Virus record (IMG/VR): IMGVR_UViG_3300029908_000019
Location: 5,585 to 69,584 of that record
Reading direction: 5' to 3' (one strand)
Length of the DNA stretch: 64,000 nt
DNA from: a virus
This document shows positions 58,051 through 64,000 of the stretch, one piece after another. How positions within the stretch are numbered: position 1 is the stretch's first letter; each line of letters begins with the position of its first letter. Under the pieces are notes generated by a model that searched no databases, had not been told where the DNA came from, and saw only the letters and a list, made by a program, of their open reading frames with translations. The position numbers and the translations under genes are program-made.

Positions 58051-58980
58051 ATGGTAGACAATATTTATATTACAAAAGGTAATATCACAGAATCAGTTGT
58101 TCCTGATTATAAAGCCCCAAAAATTACTAGCGTTCATGAAGTTCTTGTTAAGCTTGGTAATGCACATCTCCTATCAGCTTCCACTTATGCTGTTCTAGGT
58201 GATACAGCTGTAACAAATACAGGTAGTACTGTACTTAATGGAGATTTAGGTATTGCCCCAGGTAGCACAATTACTGGTTTTCCTCCAGGAACTTACACTG
58301 GTGTTCTTCATCAGGGTGATGCAGCTGCATTGCAAGCTCATGCTGATGCAACAGCAGCCGCAATAGCCTTGAAAGCACTTACTCCTACTACAGATATCTC
58401 TTTAACAGATCTAGGTGGAGCAATCCTTACACCAGGTAACTATCATGCTTCCTCAACAGGAACATGGTCAGCTGGTCCATTGACATTAAATGGAGCAGGT
58501 CAGTATGTATTTACTTTTGGTACTGCCCTTACAATGCCAGCAAATGCAACAGTTGTTCTAACGAATGGTGCAACAGCAGATAATGTATTCTTCGTTACTG
58601 GTTCAGCATTTACATTTGGAGCAGATTGTACTGTTAATGGAACAATTCTAGCTGGTACTTCCATTACCTTTGCCTCTAATAGTGTATTGAATGGTAGAGC
58701 ATTGACTTATGGGCCAGCTGGTACAACAGTAACATTCCCAAGTGCTGCCACTGTGAATGTTCCAGTTAATGCATCGGCTTCCTTTAGCTACCAGATCGTT
58801 GCCATTAATTCACCCACGTCATTTTATGCAACGTATCTGCCATGGGATCTAGTTATTAATCAGAGTACTGGATTAATTTCGGGAACGATCTTCCCCAACA
58901 GTGTTGGAGAATTTCGTATTCCATTACAAGCAGCTAATGATGCTGGTGTTGGAACGATGATTCTGACTATACTTATCTAA
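58051..58980 (+). CDS. DUF3494 ice-binding-like domain plus putative Ig (He_PIG-like) domain protein
   Basis: YAVLG..AVTNTG.TVLNGDLGIAPG.TITGFPPG and VVLTNGATADNVFF (DUF3494); FSYQI...LP..L.IN.STGLISGT (Ig). Confidence 0.85.
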   Translation: MVDNIYITKGNITESVVPDYKAPKITSVHEVLVKLGNAHLLSASTYAVLGDTAVTNTGSTVLNGDLGIAPGSTITGFPPGTYTGVLHQGDAAALQAHADATAAAIALKALTPTTDISLTDLGGAILTPGNYHASSTGTWSAGPLTLNGAGQYVFTFGTALTMPANATVVLTNGATADNVFFVTGSAFTFGADCTVNGTILAGTSITFASNSVLNGRALTYGPAGTTVTFPSAATVNVPVNASASFSYQIVAINSPTSFYATYLPWDLVINQSTGLISGTIFPNSVGEFRIPLQAANDAGVGTMILTILI

Positions 58981-59000
58981 GTAAGTTAAAAGCTATACTA

Positions 59001-59030
59001 GACAGGATCTGATTAAAATCAGGTCCTGTT
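59001..59030 (+). terminator. Hairpin between the IBP and fibre-like genes
   Basis: ACAGGATCTGATT-AA-AATCAGGTCCTGT inverted repeat. Confidence 0.55.
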
Positions 59031-59067
59031 GTGCATAGTTTTATAAAATATTTAAGGAGTCTTAAAA

Positions 59068-60360
59068 ATGGCTATAATTATTCGGACTGTACAAAATATT
59101 TCTACTTCTCATACAAATATTACTCTGCCAGTTCCTGGCTATGATAGTTCAAAATTCCCCGTTGTAATTATCTATGGCACTACTGTAGATTTATTTACCG
59201 TTATGTCTGGAGATCAGCTAGAGGCTATTCAGACAACATTGAATGAGTATGTTTCTGCAGGGCAGCTAGACATTATAGCTACAGTTGATACAACAACATT
59301 TAATCCTGTTGGTGGTGGTGGTTCAAGTGGCGTTAGTTCGGTTAACAGTATAACAGGTGCTGTTACATTAGCAGCAGGTTCCAATGTAACTATTACTCCT
59401 TCAGGCAGCACATTAACAATCGCTTCAAGTGGTGGTAGTGGCATAACAGCTTTAACAGGAGATGTTACTGCAAGTGGTTCAGGCTCAGTTGCCGCCACAG
59501 TAGTTTCAGCTGGTAGTGGCACTGGTGCTTTTTCCGCTGGAGCCCTAACCATTGCTTCTATTAAAGGAAGTGCAAATCCACTTATTATTACGTCTGCTTC
59601 AGATGCCATTAACGCTATTGAATTTCAAGATATAGAAGGTAATCCTATTCTTCACATTAATACATTAAATAGGCGGGTCGGCATTAATACAACGACGCCA
59701 TCTCAGCCGCTAGAAGTGGACGGTAACGTAGCCATTGATGGGCAGCTTGCTATGGGGTCTGCAGCACCATCAGGAGCATGTTTAATTGACATGATTAACC
59801 CCTATACTGGTCTCGGGTTGACAGTTCTCACCGACGCTCAGATGGCAGCCGTGACTCCCAACCGTATGGGAAATATTCTTTGGAACAGTACCGCGAATGC
59901 GCTGTACGCGAATAATGGAACGACCTGGGCGGCAGTCGGCGGCGGCGGCTCTTCTACACCGAATACGGCGCAGGGTACGCTGACCTCAGCCGTTACCACG
60001 TCCTCTACCTCATTTGTCTCTACAGGGTTGACGGTTACGCTGGCGGCGAGTACAGCCACATCTCCGCTTTTAATCATGGTATCTTCGGCAGCGCAAACCT
60101 TTGGTGCAGATAGCGGGTATTTTACCATCTTCCGAGACGATACCACAAATATTGCCTCTCCTGCAGTATCTCTGCAAAAGACGGCGTGTAATTCCCTCGT
60201 TCCCATGGCGTTCCAGACTCTATATACTCCGGGCGATACCGCATCGCACACATATACCGTGTATATGGAAAGCATGAAGGGTGACGTTCTCCAATTTGGT
60301 GCGACGGGTTATTTGGGGGAAGTACAATGCCGGATTACGGTAGTTGACTTATCGGCCTGA
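59068..60360 (+). CDS. Fibre/appendage-like virion protein
   Basis: GVSSVN..TGAVTL and ITALTGDVT repeats, RVGINTTTPSQPLEV.G motif, beta-rich C-terminal tip. Confidence 0.65.
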   Translation: MAIIIRTVQNISTSHTNITLPVPGYDSSKFPVVIIYGTTVDLFTVMSGDQLEAIQTTLNEYVSAGQLDIIATVDTTTFNPVGGGGSSGVSSVNSITGAVTLAAGSNVTITPSGSTLTIASSGGSGITALTGDVTASGSGSVAATVVSAGSGTGAFSAGALTIASIKGSANPLIITSASDAINAIEFQDIEGNPILHINTLNRRVGINTTTPSQPLEVDGNVAIDGQLAMGSAAPSGACLIDMINPYTGLGLTVLTDAQMAAVTPNRMGNILWNSTANALYANNGTTWAAVGGGGSSTPNTAQGTLTSAVTTSSTSFVSTGLTVTLAASTATSPLLIMVSSAAQTFGADSGYFTIFRDDTTNIASPAVSLQKTACNSLVPMAFQTLYTPGDTASHTYTVYMESMKGDVLQFGATGYLGEVQCRITVVDLSA

Positions 60361-60383
60361 GCCCCACTCTTCGGAGTTGGGGC
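60361..60383 (+). terminator. GC-rich UUCG hairpin between the fibre and SGNH genes
   Basis: GCCCCACTC-TTCG-GAGTTGGGGC; no U-tract, so termination role is uncertain. Confidence 0.45.
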
Positions 60384-60395
60384 ACCCCGAAAAAT

Positions 60396-60980
60396 GTGAG
60401 TCAGCCTCTTTTCTTTTTAGGCGATAGTATTACATATGGGTACGGTTTAGTATCTGTGCAACCCCCGTCCATCCAAGCGGGTTTATTGCTTAACGATACA
60501 CCGACAAACGGTGGAGTAAATGGAGCAAGCACAGCGTCGTGGGCCGAGAACCACGAGGGTACGCCTCTCTATAATTTATTAGAGAGTATCGCACACGGTA
60601 CACATTATGAGACTGTGTTGATAATGCTCGGGACAAATGACGCAAATATTGACGGAACAAACGCCACAGACTATCAGGCTAATCTACAAACAATTATCAC
60701 CGCGCTAGTCGGAGCTGGAATAAATAAGATTGTACTCAATCAGCCACCGTATCTGAAGACGGAAAGTCTTGTCGGAGCAAACACAACGCTAGAGACTTAC
60801 AACGCTGCCCTGGCGAATCTCGTCACTGCTAACCCTGGTGTAGTGTTTCTAGGTGACATGACAGCGTACAGCGTATTTGCTGCAAACGCTGCAACCTACT
60901 ATCAAGCAGATGGTGTTCATCCAAATGATATTGGTGCTACTGCCTTAGCTGGACTTTGGGAAGTAGCGTATCCATTTTAA
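60396..60980 (+). CDS. SGNH/GDSL esterase
   Basis: FLGDSIT, NGGVNG, MLGTND and DGVHPN blocks. Confidence 0.92.
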   Translation: MSQPLFFLGDSITYGYGLVSVQPPSIQAGLLLNDTPTNGGVNGASTASWAENHEGTPLYNLLESIAHGTHYETVLIMLGTNDANIDGTNATDYQANLQTIITALVGAGINKIVLNQPPYLKTESLVGANTTLETYNAALANLVTANPGVVFLGDMTAYSVFAANAATYYQADGVHPNDIGATALAGLWEVAYPF

Positions 60981-61007
60981 TTTAAATAAAAGAAAAGAAG
61001 GATAAGA

Positions 61008-61565
61008 ATGAGATTACAGGTAAAGATGAAGAATGCTAAAGAGTGTCGAATAGAATTGCCTTTTCCTGATCTATCCGTTAAATATAATAATGGCTATGCT
61101 CCCTCCTTAAAAGTAAAAGAGGGAGATGAAATACCTTTGGATGTTCTCGATCCTGAAGATGTTAGAAAAAGTTTAAAAGTGGGTAGCTTAAAAGGTTATT
61201 TAGAGAATGGGTGGATTGAGGAAATTTTAGAAGAACCAAAGGCAGAAGATAAAATAATTTTAAGTAAAACAAACTCTATAAATGAACTTGATATAAAAGT
61301 TGAACAAAAACAACTAGATGTTCCTACCACAACAATTTTACCAGAAGTAGCAAAAGTAGATAGTATAAAAATGGTTGAAAATAAACAAATTACAGATTTA
61401 AACAAAGTATTTTCCTATGAAGATTTTTGTAAACTCGATCATTTTTTAAAAATAAGATTTATAAAAGAAAGTCAAAATATTGATCTACTTAAAGATATTC
61501 TTGGTAAAACCACATCGAATCAGTTCAAGAATAACATTGAACTCCGACTTTCCCAAATAAAATAG
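61008..61565 (+). CDS. Hypothetical protein
   Basis: 185-aa ORF in the structural region. Confidence 0.55.
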   Translation: MRLQVKMKNAKECRIELPFPDLSVKYNNGYAPSLKVKEGDEIPLDVLDPEDVRKSLKVGSLKGYLENGWIEEILEEPKAEDKIILSKTNSINELDIKVEQKQLDVPTTTILPEVAKVDSIKMVENKQITDLNKVFSYEDFCKLDHFLKIRFIKESQNIDLLKDILGKTTSNQFKNNIELRLSQIK

Positions 61566-61781
61566 AATAAAATTTTTTGTCTCAGTTTATTAGTATTGGC
61601 GGTCATTATAGTATTTTCCACTATTTAGGGCACTAATATTTTATGAGATAATTGCAATCTCTGATAGTACATCGGGAACGCAGAAGTAAAAAAAAATCGC
61701 CCTATCATATGTTTTAGGGATCTATGGAAAAGCACATAGTTATAATCTCAGCTAACGACGTTGTGTTAGACTTGTTTATGC

Positions 61782-62927
61782 ATGGAGTCTTTTTGTATGA
61801 CTAGACCAGATCCTCAATATGGAGTACAGCTATCTGTAGCTGATATTCCATTAGAACTTCCCATTTATCCTATCTACGGTGTTACACCGTCTGATAAGTA
61901 TATTCCCATTCAAGTAAATGAGGATGGGCAGCTCTCTATTGGCAATGTCACTATTACTGGCCCTGTAACAGTTAATGATGTAGTTATTAAAGGTGTTGAT
62001 CCTGATAATGGCAACACATCAGAAGATGTTTCTGTTGTAAATTGGGGTATACATGGGTATGCTTTAAGAACAAGCATTTTCTATCAAGGTAATGCCCTTT
62101 TAGTTAATCCTGATGGTAGTATAAATATAAATCCGACTGAAGTACTCCCTGTTCAGATTGATCATAATACAGATAGTGTTGCCATTTATGGTACTGATGG
62201 AACTTCGAATACATTTATAAAAACAGATGCAAGTGGAAATTTAGTAACAGATATTCAAGATTCTACTGGAAATCCTCTTACTTCTTCAAGTGGTTCTTTA
62301 AATGTCCATGTTACAAATGGTCTAAGTACTGGTGCAGTTGACGAAAGTGCCTTTATCTATGGAACATCAATTGAACAGCCAGTCGGTGGAGTCTACCAGG
62401 ATACAAGTCCTACATTAGCTGCTGGTGAAACGGGAGCAGTAAGACTTACTGAATATAGAGCATTTCATGTAAATCTTAGAGATTCCAATGGTGTTGAAGT
62501 AAATCCAGCAACTGAAGCTACTTCAACTTCCATTTTGTCTGCTTTAGGTAATTTTAATTTTAGTGGTGGTTCTCTTGTAGTTACAACCAGCGGAGTTGTT
62601 GGCATCCCTATAAATAAATATGCAGAAAATACAACTGTCCCTCCTGGTATTTTAACTGTTATTTTAAGTTATACAGTTCCCGCTGGAAAAACTTTAAGTA
62701 TTACGGGAGCTTATGGTTGGGGTTGCTACAATGGTGAGTATTTGATTCAAGTTGATGGAATAACCGTAGGTGGTGGATGGACTTCAGCAGCAGATATAAA
62801 TTTTCATGTTAATTATCAAGATGCACCTATTCCAGCTACAGCAGGACAAGTTGTTACAATTTGTGTTACAATGTATAGTAATCATACAGAAGATTTTAAA
62901 GCTAATTTACTTGGAACTTTAAATTAA
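61782..62927 (+). CDS. Putative virion structural protein
   Basis: Beta-rich Gly/Thr protein with VNPDGSIN, TDASGNL and YTVPAGKTL motifs typical of phage virion proteins. Confidence 0.55.
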   Translation: MESFCMTRPDPQYGVQLSVADIPLELPIYPIYGVTPSDKYIPIQVNEDGQLSIGNVTITGPVTVNDVVIKGVDPDNGNTSEDVSVVNWGIHGYALRTSIFYQGNALLVNPDGSININPTEVLPVQIDHNTDSVAIYGTDGTSNTFIKTDASGNLVTDIQDSTGNPLTSSSGSLNVHVTNGLSTGAVDESAFIYGTSIEQPVGGVYQDTSPTLAAGETGAVRLTEYRAFHVNLRDSNGVEVNPATEATSTSILSALGNFNFSGGSLVVTTSGVVGIPINKYAENTTVPPGILTVILSYTVPAGKTLSITGAYGWGCYNGEYLIQVDGITVGGGWTSAADINFHVNYQDAPIPATAGQVVTICVTMYSNHTEDFKANLLGTLN

Positions 62928-62949
62928 ATTCAGTAAAAGGAGAATTACC

Positions 62950-63150
62950 ATGTCAGACTTAGGACCTAGCCAAGATTTGAATCGAAAGAGATTGCAGGTG
63001 CATGTCACAGAAATGAAACTTCAGTTAGAGAGATTTGATCTTCGCAAAATGGAAGTAGCAGATGAATTGCGAAAAATTGAAGAGAATATTGCAGCTGCTA
63101 TGCTAGATATTAGTAAGACTCAGGAATCTATTGATAAACTTGGGAAATAA
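62950..63150 (+). CDS. Small coiled-coil protein
   Basis: AAGGAG RBS; heptad pattern. Confidence 0.55.
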   Translation: MSDLGPSQDLNRKRLQVHVTEMKLQLERFDLRKMEVADELRKIEENIAAAMLDISKTQESIDKLGK

Positions 63151-63156
63151 GAGTTT

Positions 63157-63630
63157 ATGAAGGGTCTAACTGTGCAAACAAAGAAATGTAGCAAATGTGG
63201 AGAAGTTAAACCGCTAGATCAATTCTATAAACGTAAGGAAGGAATCTTAGGTGTAAGATCGGATTGTAAAAAATGTGGTGCCTTGCGTGGTAAGGAATGG
63301 CAACGAAAAAATCCTCAACAAGATAAGAAGCAACGTAAAGATTGGAGAGATAAAAATTTAGATAAAATTAAGAATAATGCTCTCCAGTGGAATTATGGAA
63401 TTTCAATTGAGGAGTATAATAATCTTCTTAAAATTCAAGAAAATAAATGCATTATTTGTAAACGCCATAAAGATGACTTAACCAAGTCTTTATGTGTAGA
63501 TCATGATCATGCAACAGGTAGAGTTAGAGGATTGTTGTGTGATGATTGCAATAATGCTTTAGGAAGATTTAAAGATTCAATAGAGAATTTAAAACAAGCA
63601 ATTAATTATTTGCAAGGAGAACTACTATGA
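63157..63630 (+). CDS. Endonuclease VII-type homing endonuclease
   Basis: YGISIEEY...Q..KCIIC...VDHDHATGRVRGLLCDDCN..LG. Confidence 0.9.
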   Translation: MKGLTVQTKKCSKCGEVKPLDQFYKRKEGILGVRSDCKKCGALRGKEWQRKNPQQDKKQRKDWRDKNLDKIKNNALQWNYGISIEEYNNLLKIQENKCIICKRHKDDLTKSLCVDHDHATGRVRGLLCDDCNNALGRFKDSIENLKQAINYLQGELL

Positions 63631-64000
63631 GTGATTTCGACGCACAATTGCCGATTCGCACTACAGCAGCAGAATCAACAGTATCAGTAGCAAATGCATC
63701 ACAAGTTACAATCAATCCTGCAGAGGATTATGCACAAGGATCTACTACATCAGGAGAAAATGGTGTTCTAGATCAAGGTGCTGTCACAACTGCTGCACCT
63801 ACTTATATTGCAGGAACTACAAATCCTCTATCGTTGGACACTGCTGGAAATTTACGTGTAACATTCGCTGGGGCTTCTGAGCAAAATGTTAACTTGAACC
63901 AAGTTGGTGGTGCAGCTATTGCACTTGGGCAAACAACAATGTCTGCCTCAATTCCAGTTACCATTGCTTCTAACCAATCCACTCTAAATATAAATGAAGC
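63627..64000 (+). CDS. Putative virion structural protein (3' truncated by window edge)
   Basis: ATG63627 after AAGGAG; MSDFDAQLPIR...LSLDTAGNLRV...GQTTMSASIPV. Confidence 0.6.
   Translation, partial: MSDFDAQLPIRTTAAESTVSVANASQVTINPAEDYAQGSTTSGENGVLDQGAVTTAAPTYIAGTTNPLSLDTAGNLRVTFAGASEQNVNLNQVGGAAIALGQTTMSASIPVTIASNQSTLNINE

Noticed and set aside
372-61405. Minus-strand and alternate-frame ORFs in the ORF track
   Set aside because: Nearly all are shadows of longer + strand genes with recognisable motifs and RBSs; none shows a motif of its own

Overview
A 64-kb, AT-rich segment of a large (jumbo-type) tailed phage genome, coded almost entirely on the + strand in the standard genetic code. 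1-10.5 kb is an accessory region of densely overlapping small genes (KTSC, degenerate ThyX, peptide deformylase, ClpP). It is dominated by a family of short Cys/His-rich ORFs that end in a shared DNLEYLE-like C-terminal tag; I counted about 28 members across the window. 10.5-38.3 kb holds seven very large modular proteins punctuated by K-x-A motifs, which also occur at the N-termini of the capsid, portal and MuF proteins. They look like protease-processed head-cargo polyproteins carrying NTase, ART, HAD, 2H, zincin and ParB modules, and are interleaved with homing endonucleases and an S2P/deoC island. 39-56 kb is the head module: a terminase with two tandem inteins (the second naturally split across two genes), a portal with a group I intron and a Pro1 LAGLIDADG intein, MuF, prohead protease-scaffold, decoration protein and major capsid protein. 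57-64 kb has two tRNAs, structured non-coding RNA, a DUF3494 ice-binding/Ig protein, and fibre-like and SGNH genes. All family calls come from reading motifs by eye; no searches were run.
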